Source: Macrostomum lignano (Eukaryota). Taken from it: a stretch of 64,000 bases of DNA. The notes beneath the pieces are model-generated. The model saw only the letters and a program-made list of their open reading frames with translations. It was not told the DNA's origin and ran no database searches. Location of the stretch: positions 248,001-312,000 of the forward strand of contig NIVC01000874.1 of assembly GCA_002269645.1 (NCBI GenBank). The letters are read 5' to 3'. A program made the translations under genes and the position numbers. Shown here piece after piece: positions 51,740 to 62,393 of this stretch (the stretch's first letter is position 1; every line of letters starts with the position of its first letter).

Positions 51740-52150
51740 CACAGACAGTCATCACACATTTGTCACAGAGTCTCGCACAGTATCACACAGTATCACAGAG
51801 TCATACACAGTCTTACACAGTATCTCACAGTATCACACAGTCTCACAAAGTATCACAAAGTCTCACACAGTATCACACAGTATCACACAGTATCACACAG
51901 TCTCACACAGTCTCACACAGTATCACAAAGTATCACACAGTATCACACAGTATCACACAGTCTCACACAGTATCACACAGTATCACACAGTCTCACAAAG
52001 TATCACAAAGTCTCACACAGTATCACACAGTATCACACAGTATCACACAGTCTCACACAGTCTCACACAGTATCACACAGTATCACACAGTATCACACAG
52101 TCTCACACAGTCTCACACAGTATCACAAAGTATCACACAGTATCACGCAG
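51740..52150. repeat. 10-bp minisatellite AGT(A/C)TCAC(A/C)C
   Basis: Direct reading. Confidence 0.93.
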
Positions 52151-52849
52151 ATTCACAGACTTCTGAAGTACACTCACAGTGTCAGATTTCTTACACATCT
52201 GCCTGCTGCTTGCATTTCAGGAGCATGTGAAATGCTTTAAAGTTACTTTCAGTAGCCATAAGCGGAAAAGTTACTTTAAATTTCCTGAAAAAATCTTCTA
52301 AATCTCAGCATCGGAGTTAGGAGTGCGTCACGCGTCATTGCCGTTCTCGGTCTGGGCTGGGGCTCAGCTTCACAGACACTCGAATGCTCATTTTCTTTTC
52401 ACTGAGTTGAGAACAGTCAACCAACCTCACCGCCCCTGCAGGCTTTGAGCACAGAGGCAGCTGAGCAGCAGAAAAAGCTTCGGACGGTAGGGGGTGGCTT
52501 CGGGTTGTATGACAGAGATGCAGCTTCGTTTCTAAGAAAACAGACCCCAAGCCCTCTGTTTTTAGCAACCGACCGCCCGCCCCCCTTCCAGAGCATTTTA
52601 CTGCGGCAGTCCTGGCCACTTGAATAAACTGCAATGAGGGGTGGGGGGTCAAAGCCCTCGCTTGACAACAAAAATATCATTATTTTGGATTCGTTTCAAC
52701 TCAAATGCTTTTGCAGGGTGTCTTCTCTGCATCTGCGTCTCAACTTTACTCGCCTCCAGTTTCACCGCTCTTTCTCAGCTCTGCTTCAAAGGGCTTGAGC
52801 AAGTTTTAGGACAGTATACTCGTATAGTGACTTCCAGTGCATCAGTTCA

Positions 52850-53525
52850 CCTGACTCTCATTCCCGATCTCTCTAACTCTCAATGCCAATCCTCTCTGAC
52901 TCTCATTCCCGATCTCTCTAACTCTCAATGCCAATCCTCTCTGACTCTCATTCCCGATCTCTCTAACTCTCAATGCCAATCCTCTCTAACTCTCAATGCC
53001 AATCCTCTCTGACTCTCAATGCCAATCCTCTCTAACTCTCAATGCCAATCCTCTCTGACTCTCATTCCCGATCTCTCTAACTCTCAATGCCAATCCTCTC
53101 TAACTCTCAATGCCAATCCTCTCTGACTCTCAATGCCAATCCTCTCTGACTCTCAATGCCAATCCTCTCTGACTCTCAATGCCAATCCCTCTGACTCTCA
53201 TTCCCGATCTCTCTGACTCTCAATGCCAATCCCTCTGACTCTCATTCCCGATCTCTCTGACTCTCAATGCCAATCCCTCTGACTCTCATTCCCGATCTCT
53301 CTGACTCTCAATGCCAATCCCTCTGACTCTCATTCCCGATCTCTCTGACTCTCAATGCCAATCCCTCTGACTCTCATTCCCGATCTCTCTGACTCTCAAT
53401 GCCAATCCCTCTGACTCTCATTCCCGATCTCTCTGACTCTCAATGCCAATCCCTCTGACTCTCATTCCCGATCCCTCTGACTCTAAATGTTAATCCCTCT
53501 GACTCTCAATGCCAATCCCTCTGAC
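52850..53525. repeat. Minisatellite of alternating 21/22-bp units (ctctgactctcattcccgatct / ctctgactctcaatgccaatc)
   Basis: Direct reading. Confidence 0.92.
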
Positions 53526-53619
53526 TTTCATTGCTAATTCTAAAGCAATGAGGGCAAGGAGCATTGCTAATTCTTCTTTTCTCCACTGCAGAAAAAACCC
53601 TGTCAAATGTCAAGTTAGA

Positions 53620-54013
53620 AGACAGAAAGAGAGAGGAGAGAAGGAGAGAGACAGGGAGAGAGAGGAGAGAAGGAGCGAGACAGAAAGAGAGGGGAGAGAA
53701 GGAGAGATACAGGGAGAGAGAGGAGAGAAGGAGAGGGACAGAGAGAGAGGAGAGAAGGAGCGAGACAGAAAGAGAGAGGAGAGAAGGAGAGAGACAGAGA
53801 GAGAGAGGAGAGAAGGAGAGAGACAGAAAGAGAGAGGAGAGAAGAAGAGAGACAGAGAGAGAGAGGAGAGAAGGAGCGAGACAGAAAGAGAGAGGAGAGA
53901 AGGAGAGAGACAGAGAGAGAGAGGAGAGAAGGAGCGAGACAGAAAGAGAGAGGAGAGAAGGAGAGAGACAGACAGAGAGAGGAGAGAAGGAGAGAGACAG
54001 AGAGAGAGGAGAG

Positions 54014-54053
<40 letters not shown>

Positions 54054-54112
54054 GGAGAGAGACAGAGAGAGAGAGGAGAGAAGGAGAGAGACAGAGAGAG
54101 AGAAAAAGAGAC
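53620..54112. repeat. Purine-rich (GA) compound repeat
   Basis: Direct reading. Confidence 0.92.
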
Positions 54113-54606
54113 AAAAGCGTCTCGCACGGCTTCCATGCTTGAGTTGAGCTGCAATCGAGTCGCATAGGCAGCCACTGCGACTCAGCCCTGGCCTGTTTAG
54201 ATGCCTTTTTATCATTGTTGCCTCTGCTGCAGCCAGCGAGAGAAGATACTCAGCCTTTCACCCCGCACCGAATCTCTGAGCACAGCCGCACCCTGTGCTC
54301 TCAAGCCGCAATTGTCTCTCTGCGCCTCCCTCCCTAGACTCGAACCCGTTTTCATTTCGGCGGTCTCTGAGTGAAGCTGGCAGCATCCATGTTTCTAAGA
54401 AAACAGCTCTCAGTTTTGTTGGTAGCGACGGCAAAGTCTGCTCTAATTTGTGTATTTGGAGTTGGTCTTGCGCTGAGAATGAGACTTGCAATTGGAATTG
54501 AAAATGTAACTTAGGCACAGTGAGCAGATGAAAACTTGAATAGATGCGGTAGCAACACTACATAATATGTACCATCAGCTGAAAAACTAAAGGTAGATGA
54601 AAAAAA

Positions 54607-55760
54607 TCAAGTAGTCTCTGGGTTCACAGTTATGAGAGAGTAGGCAGAGTCAAGTAAGCATCAAGTAGTCACTGAGGTCACAGTTATAAGAGAGCAGGCA
54701 GAGTCAAGTAAGCATCAAGTAGTCTCTGGGGTCACAGTTATGAGAGAGCAGGCAGAGCCAAGTAAGCATCAAGTAGTCTCTGGGGTCACAGTTATAAGAG
54801 AGCAGGCAGAGTCAAGTAAGCATCAAGTAGTCACTGGGGTCACAGTTATAAGAGAGCAGGCAGAGTCAAGTAAGCATCAAGTAGTCTCTGGGTCACAGTT
54901 ATAAGAGAGCAGGCAGAGTCAAGTAAGCATCAAGTAGTCACTGGGGTCACAGTTATGAGAGAGCAGGCAGAGTCAAGTAAGCATCAAGTAGTCACTGGGG
55001 GTCACAGTTATGAGAGAGTAGGCAGAGTCAAGTAAGCATCAAGTAGTCACTGGGGGTCACAGTTATGAGAGAGTAGGCAGAGTCAAGTAAGCATCAAGTA
55101 GTCACTGGGGTCACAGTTATGAGAGAGTAGGCAGAGTCAAGTAAGCATCAAGTAGTCTCTGGGGTCACAGTTATAAGAGAGCAGGCAGAGTCAAGTAAGC
55201 ATCAAGTAGTCACTGGGGGTCACAGTTATGAGAGAGTAGGCAGAGTCAAGTAAGCATCAAGTAGTCACTGGGGTCACAGTTATGAGAGAGTAGGCAGAGT
55301 CAAGTAAGCATCAAGTAGTCACTGGGGGTCACAGTTATGAGAGAGTAGGCAGAGTCAAGTAAGCATCAAGTAGTCACTGGGGTCACAGTTATGAGAGAGT
55401 AGGCAGAGTCAAGTAAGCATCAAGTAGTCACTGGGGTCACAGTTATGAGAGAGTAGGCAGAGTCAAGTAAGCATCAAGTAGTCACTGGGGTCACAGTTAT
55501 GAGAGAGTAGGCAGAGTCAAGTAAGCATCAAGTAGTCACTGGGGGTCACAGTTATGAGAGAGCAGGCAGAGTCAAGTAAGCATCAAGTAGTCACTGGGGG
55601 TCACAGTTATGAGAGAGTAGGCAGAGTCAAGTAAGCATCAAGTAGTCACTGGGGTCACAGTTATGAGAGAGTAGGCAGAGTCAAGTAAGCATCAAGTAGT
55701 CACTGGGGGTCACAGTTATGAGAGAGTAGGCAGAGTCAAGTAAGCATCAAGTAGTCAACA
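54607..55760. repeat. 54/55-bp minisatellite downstream of ANK-caspase copy B, ~21 copies
   Basis: Unit caagtagtcactggggtcacagttatgagagagtaggcagagtcaagtaagcat. Confidence 0.96.
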
Positions 55761-55841
55761 TCAAACGACAAGAACTTAACAAGTGGCTAATAAGCATCAA
55801 ATATAACATGACAGACTTCACTCTGATTCTGCAACATGTTT

Positions 55842-56315
55842 TCAACGAGAACCCAAGCTGAACAGCTGCAGACTCCGTGAGCGCTTCTGAGCTTTGCTCG
55901 GATCAAAGGAGACCTGCCGAGCGAGCTGTGACACGGTCTGAGCAACGCAATAGTACTTTATAAGTTCGCCTCTCTCGTTTCTGAACTCGCACGGCTTCTC
56001 CGCCATGTGCCGCTTCACGAGAATCATGATGTCCTCCAGGTGCTTCTCTGTGTAAAATTGCTCGATGTAGTCGCACAGGGTCTGCACGAAGACGCTGCCA
56101 GTCTGAGGGTCGCGGTAGGACACCTGACCCTCTGTGGTAGGGAAGCAGAACAGGAAGTCACTCTCTGGCGGGTACAGGGCCGGGTTCTGCGCGAACTCTG
56201 GGGGCAGCTGGTCGACTGCCAGTCCCCTGTGCGTCACTTCGTCTGTGCCACTGCCGCGGCAGGCCTGGACAAAGAAGATCTTCGGCTTGCCCGCCAGGTC
56301 GGGGCAGACGGAGGC
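55842..56315 (-). CDS. ANK-caspase copy B, exon 3 (intact QACRG + p10)
   Basis: ASVCPDLAGKPKIFFVQACRGSGTDEVTH...SYRDPQTGSVFVQTLC...GSR*; 474 bp, open. Confidence 0.93.
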   Translation of the reverse strand, partial: ASVCPDLAGKPKIFFVQACRGSGTDEVTHRGLAVDQLPPEFAQNPALYPPESDFLFCFPTTEGQVSYRDPQTGSVFVQTLCDYIEQFYTEKHLEDIMILVKRHMAEKPCEFRNERGELIKYYCVAQTVSQLARQVSFDPSKAQKRSRSLQLFSLGSR

Positions 56316-56400
56316 CTGGAGGAGGGTTGGGAAATGTGTAGAAATTTGTAGAGCTGCAATGCTTTGCATCATATGCACAGATGAGCCAGACCAGACCCAC

Positions 56401-56758
56401 CTTGAACTTGGCTGCGAGCTCCAGAACCGGACTCTGCACTCCATGGCCATCGATAATGCAGTCCCTTCCCTGTGGGTCCTTGCGGCCGTGGGCCATCAGG
56501 AAGCAGACAAAACTGCCGTGCTTGGCGAGCTCCTTGGACTTCTTTGTCCCATTGAGGAAGTCATCGATCTCTGCAGTTGTGGGATTTTGCACCTCCTTGA
56601 TGGTGAAACTCAGCTTCCTGAAAAGCTTCCTCACTCGGTCCACATCCCGCTCCGAGCCTTTGCGCTCCTCTTCGCCGCTGCCAGTTGAGTACGTGTTGAT
56701 GTTGATGATGAGGCAGAATCCCTGCGGGTTCGTCACCTGGTAGAAATCCTCATGGAGT
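56401..56758 (-). CDS. ANK-caspase copy B, exon 2 (p20 N-part, AHG)
   Basis: 358 bp with the same splice sites and phases as copy A; three substitutions seen relative to A. Confidence 0.92.
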
Positions 56759-57150
56759 CTGGAATGCAGCAGGGTGATCGGGGTGTGAAGCAATGAGTGC
56801 AGAACAAGAATCTCCGGAGACCTTTGCCTGATTCTGTGGGAAGTTTTGCCCGAGAATGCTATGGGATGCCGTGGAATGCTGTGGGCACACTGTATTATAT
56901 ATAATCTCTTCCTTACTAAACCTAAACTGATCATTGTTATATCTCTGAAGAAAAAAGACCTAAAAACCAATCGAAGCAAATCATATTCTATGAGCGTTGC
57001 ATGCAGCCCACAAAAAAGATTTGACTTCGTTCAAAAAAGTTTTTTTTTCAAAATGTAATGCTATTAATTAGCTCGTAAATCCAGCATTCAATTTTTAATG
57101 TCACTATAAGAGACGTGCCAATATATCCGCTTTTTTCATACAAAACTTAC

Positions 57151-59568
57151 GGTACTGTCGGCGTCTTCTCAGACTGGGACCTCTGCTGGTGCCGCCGCTC
57201 AGCGATCCACCGCGTCAACTGAGACCCGTGCCGAGAGTTCAGCTTCGCGTAGTCAGCAACAGACTTTCGCTTCCATGGAAGAAAGTGCGAGGCATCCCGT
57301 AGGTCAAGGACAGAGACACCCAGTAAGTCAACGATGAAGCTGAGCGTTTCGACATCTTGATATTGAGCAGCCAGATGAGCCGCTGTAATCCCGTTAAAAC
57401 CTCGTTTCAAAAGACATGACCGGCCGAGTTGCTGAACCAGCCACTTGAGACAGGAGTTAGTAGCTTCATTCCTAGCGGCCCAGTGAATGGCAGTGCGTTG
57501 GAGTCGGCCAGGCTGATGGAAGCAGTCGGATCCGAGGACTGATTTGAAGAACTGCATGGAATCGGCGCCCTGCTTCCAAGCAGCGAGATGGACGGGAGTG
57601 TCTCCTTGTTGGTCTCGAACGGAGAGACAGTCGGTTCCGCACTCGTTCACCAGCCACTTGAGACAGGAGTTAGTCTCATTCATAGCGGCCAAGTGAATGG
57701 CAGTTTCTTGTAAGTAGCCAGGCTGATGGAAGCAGTCGGATCCGAGGACTGATTTGAAGAACTGCATGGAATCGGCGCCCTGCTTCCAAGCAGCGAGATG
57801 GACGGGAGTGTTTCCTTGTTGGTCTCGAACGGAGAGACAGTCGGTTCCGCACTCGTTCACCAGCCACTTGAGACAGGAGTTAGTAGCTTCATTCTCAGCG
57901 GCACAGTGAATGGCAGTGCGTTGGAATCGGCCAGGCTGATGGAAGCAGTCGGATCCGAGGACTGATTTGAAGAACTGCATGGAATCGGCGCCCTGCTTCC
58001 AAGCAGCGAGATGGACGGGAGTGTTTCCTCGTTGGTCTCGAACGGAGAGACAGTCGGTTCCGCACTCGTTCACCAGCCACTTGAGACAGGAGTTAGTAGC
58101 TTCATTCACAGCGGCCCAGTGAATGGCAGTGCGTTGTACGCAGCCTGGCTGATGAAAGCAGTCGGATCCGAGGACTGATTTGAAGAACTGCATGGAATCG
58201 GCGCCCTGCTTCCAAGCAGCGAGATGGACGGGAGTGTTTCCTTGTTGGTCTCGAACGGAGAGACAGTCGGTTCCGCACTCGTTCACCAGCCACTTGAGAC
58301 AGGAGTTAGTCTCATTCATAGCGGCCAAGTGAATGGCAGTTTCTTGTAAGTAGCCAGGCTGATGGAAGCAGTCGGATCCGAGCACTGATTTGAAGAACTG
58401 CATGGAATCGGCGCCCTGCTTCCAAGCAGCGAGATGGACTGGAGTCTTTCCTCGTTGGTCTCGAACGAGAGACAGTCGGTTCCGCACTCGTTCACCAGCC
58501 ACTTGAGACAGGAGTTAGTCTCATTCATAGCGGCCTGGTGAATGGCAGTGCGTTGGAATCGGCCAGGCTGATGAAAGCAGTCGGATCCGAGGACTGATTT
58601 GAAGAACTGCATGGAATCGGCGCCCTGACAGAAAGCAGCGAGATGGACGGGAGTGTCTCCTTCTTGGTCTCGAACGGAGAGACAGTCGGTTCCGCACTCG
58701 TTCACCAGCCACTTGAGACAGGAGTTAGTAGCTTCATTCTCAGCGGCACAGTGAATGGCAGTGCGTTGGAATCGGCCAGGCTGATGGAAGCAGTCGGATC
58801 CGAGGACTGATTTGAAGAACTGCATGGAATCGGCGCCCTGAAACAAAGCAGCGAGATGGACGGGAGTGTTTCCTTGTTGGTCTCGAACGGAGAGACAGTC
58901 GGTTCCGCACTCGTTCACCAGCCACTTGAGACAGGAGTTAGTAGCTTCCCTAGCGGCCAGTGAATGGCAGTGCGTTGTACGCAGCCTGGCTGATGAAGCA
59001 GTCGGATCCGAGGACTGATTTGAAGAACTGCATGGAATCGGCGCCCTGACAGAAAGCAGCGAGATGGACGGGAGTGTTTCCTTGTTGTCTCGAACGGAGA
59101 GACAGTCGGTTCCGCACTCGTTCACCAGACTTGAGACAGAGTTAGTAGCTTCATTCTCAGCGGCACAGTGAATGGCAGTGCGTTGGAATCGGCCAGGCTG
59201 ATGGAAGCAGTCGGATCCGAGGACTGATTTGAAGAACTGCATGGAATCGGCGCCCTGCTTCCAAGCAGCGAGATGGACGGAGTGTCTCCTTGTTGGTCTC
59301 GAACGGAGAGACAGTCGGTTCCGCACTCGTTCACCAGCCACTTGAGACAGGAGTTAGTCTATTCATAGCGGCCAAGTGAATGGCAGTTTCTTGTAAGTAG
59401 CCAGGCTGATGGAAGCAGTCGGATCCGAGGACTGATTTGAGAACTGCATGGAATCGGCGCCCTGCTTCCAAGCAGCGAGATGGACGGGAGTTTTCCTTGT
59501 TGGTCTCGAACGGAGAGACAGTCGGTTCCGCACTCGTTCACCAGCCACTTGAGACAGGAGTTAGTAGC
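57151..59568 (-). CDS. ANK-caspase copy B, exon 1 (at least 10 double-ANK units + C-cap; 5' end lost in the gap)
   Basis: About 213-bp tandem units; donor CC|GTAAGT at 57150. Scattered 1-bp deletions above ~58430 are probably low-quality sequence near the gap. Confidence 0.85.
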
Positions 59569-59722
59569 NNNNNNNNNNNNNNNNNNNNNNNNNNNNNNNN
59601 NNNNNNNNNNNNNNNNNNNNNNNNNNNNNNNNNNNNNNNNNNNNNNNNNNNNNNNNNNNNNNNNNNNNNNNNNNNNNNNNNNNNNNNNNNNNNNNNNNNN
59701 NNNNNNNNNNNNNNNNNNNNNN
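59569..59722. other. Assembly gap (154 N)
   Basis: Run of N; true size unknown. Confidence 0.99.
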
Positions 59723-59745
59723 AAAATGAGTTTCACTGTACGTAC

Positions 59746-60627
59746 CAGTTCTCCACTGACTGCCGCTTGTTCTGCGACTCTCTGTGGCTGTTCGTTCTGC
59801 TCCTGCTCCTGGGTCTCTCTCCTGCTCCTGGTCTTCTGCTGCCTGCCCTGGTCTTCTGCTCCTGCCCTGGTCTTCTGCTCCTGTCCTTTTCTTCTGCTCC
59901 TGCTCCTGAGTCTTCTGCTCCTGCCCTGGTCTTCTGCTCTGCTCCTGGTCTTCTGCTCCTGTCCTGGATCTCCTGCTCCTGGATCTTCTGCTCCTGGTCC
60001 TTCTCTTCCCATTAGGCGCCCTCCCAGCTCGGCGACAAACTTCAGCAGCCGAGATCCGTGCTGAACGTTCTGCTCCATGTAGTCGGCCACCGAATTCCCG
60101 TCAGCGTCGAGAAGGTCGAACGCGGAAACGCCCAGCGAGTCCACGACGAGGCGAAACGAGTCCAGGTCTTGGTTCTGAGCAGCCAGGTGAGCAGGCGTAG
60201 CTCCATCCGAGTCTCTGTCCAGCAGGCAGGCTGGGCCGAGCTTTTCGACAAGAAACCTCAACGAGCTGCTGCTGGCTTCGTTCATGGCGGCCCAGTGAGC
60301 GGCGGTGCGCTTGAGCTGGCCGGGCTGCTTGAAGCATCGGGTCCGAGGGTTCGGAATGAGCCTCCAGCCATGACTCATCCTGGTGCATGGCGGCCAGGTG
60401 CACCGGAGTGTTTTGGTATTCGTTAACGCAGGTGAGGCAGTCGGTCCGAACTTCTCAATGAGAGCTCCAGACAGCAGAGTCCGCCAGGCAGCTGAGCGAC
60501 GTGGTGAGCCACCGTCTGCTTGCGATTGCGCACGGTGAGCTGCAGCATCGAGTCCATGTTGCAGCAGAGGGGAGCAGCCGGTCCGGCTCCCTGACATGGA
60601 GAGCGATGGAGACCGACAGAGCTCCAT
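59746..60627 (-). CDS. Third, divergent ankyrin paralog (copy C): N-cap + core + C-cap without the expanded units, then an E/Q/D-rich linker; frameshifted
   Basis: Across frames: TVAHHVAQLPGGLCCL, NTPVHLAAMHQDESWL, CFKQPGQLKRTAAHWAAMNE, GATPAHLAAQNQD, SVADYMEQNVQHGSRL, each matching copy A caps; candidate donor CTG|GTACGT at 59745. Confidence 0.7.
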
Positions 60628-60994
60628 GAGCTCTGTTTTCTTCTTTTGCATGCCGGTAGAAGCAAGCATTTTGGAGCAGGTAAGGCGAGTAGCAGAGTAG
60701 AGCTGTGCTCAGTTGAGCGAGTGTACGAAGTATTTATACCGACAGTGCGCTCTCAACTCTCAAGTCGGCCTGCAGCCAGCTGTCTACTAGCAGTAGGCAG
60801 TCTGCATTTTTGGCTCCTGCCTAAATACTTGAAGTAAGAGACCCGAGGCTGCTGATTTAAGCAAAATATACAATACCTTCACAGCAGTGCTAGCAAAATT
60901 GTCTCCATGGCAACTGTCTCTATGATGTATTTCAATATCCATGGTGCACTGTGTTCATAGTGAACTGTCTCCAGTCTCCTGTACAGACCATATC

Positions 60995-61815
60995 TCCCAA
61001 TCCGCCCCACCACCGAATCTGCCCCACCACCGAATCCGCCCTCCACCCAATCTGCCCCTCCACCCAATCTGCCCCTCCACCCAATCTGCCCCTCCACCCA
61101 ATCCGCCCCACCACCCAATCTGCCCCTCCACCCAATCTGCCCCTCCACCCAATCTGCCCCTCCACCCAATCCGCCCCACCACCCAATCTGCCCCACCACC
61201 CAATCCGCCCTCCACCCAATCCGCCCCTCCACCCAATCCGCCCACCTACCAATCCGCCCCTCCACCCAATCCGCCCTCCACCCAATCCGCCCACCACCCA
61301 ATCTGCCCCTCCACCCAATCCGCCCCACCTACCAATCCGCCCTCCACCCAATCCGCCCCTCCACCCAATCTGCCCCACCACCCAATCTGCCCCACCACCC
61401 AATCTGCCCCTCCACCCAATCCGCCCTCCACCCAATCCGCCCCACCTACCAATCCGCCCACCACCCAATCCGCCCCTCCACCCAATCCGCCCCTCCACCC
61501 AATCCGCCCCTCCACCCAATCCGCCCCACCACCCAATCCGCCCCACCACCCAATCCGCCCCACCACCCAATCCGCCCTCCACCCAATCCGCCCCACCACC
61601 CAATCCGCCCCACCACCCAATCCGCCCACCACCCAATCCGCCCGTCCACCCAATTTGCCCCACCACCCAATCCGCCCCACCACCCAATCCGCCCCTCCAC
61701 CCAATCCGCTCCACCACTCAATCTGCCCCACCATCCACCAACAAATCCTCCTCTTCACCCAATCCGCCGCTCCACTCAATCCGCCCCTCCACCCAATCCG
61801 CCTCACCCAATCCGC
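60995..61815. repeat. ~18-bp C-rich minisatellite (CC(T/A)CCACCCAATC(C/T)GCCC)
   Basis: Direct reading; G-rich on the minus strand. Confidence 0.93.
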
Positions 61816-62184
61816 CCCTGCACAACTCAAATCCTATAGAATCAAAGCCATAGCATTTGTTGGGATAATTATCCCCATATACGAGTAAATCACCCGTATA
61901 TTCAGAAGCAGAGTTGCGGAAGGATTTGCAGAACTTCTCGGGAGTTTTGCTCATCAAAGACTCAATAAAATTCGACTAAGGTGTTCGCTCCCGGACTGGG
62001 AAGGGGTTGAAAAAATTGCAAATAATTTTATAAACAGCGAATGCAAAAGCAGCAACGGAAGGCAGACGCAATTTCTAAGAGTGAAATCAGATGCAACCGA
62101 ATAATGTGGCGGGACAGAAATGGATTTGGGATTTTGGGAAAATTCGGACAGGGGCAGGTAAACTTGACGCTGGATTTTTTCTGC

Positions 62185-62345
62185 GGTGTGGGAATCGGTG
62201 GGAATCGGGTGGGAATCGGTGTGGGAATCGGTGTGGGAATCTGTGTGTGGGAATCGGTGTGGGAATCGGTGTCGGAATCGGTGTGGGAATGGATGTGGGA
62301 ATCGGTGTGGGAATCGGTGTGGGAATCGGTGTGGGAATCGGTGTG
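62185..62345. repeat. 12-bp repeat (GGAATCGGTGTG)n
   Basis: Direct reading. Confidence 0.92.
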
Positions 62346-62393
62346 TAACAGGGTGGGACATGAAGTCGAGCAGCCGATAAAAAGTCAGTCTGG

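Noticed and set aside
58430-60627. Multiple frameshifts implying that copies B and C are pseudogenes
   Set aside because: They are single-base losses clustered beside the N gap, and similar homopolymer slips occur at ~4160, ~38182, ~41578 and ~63500; sequencing error is at least as likely, so status is left open
60879-62380. Pro-rich or Gly/Trp-rich ORFs resembling extensin or collagen
   Set aside because: Open in several frames on both strands because of 18-bp and 12-bp repeats; no signal peptide or splice context
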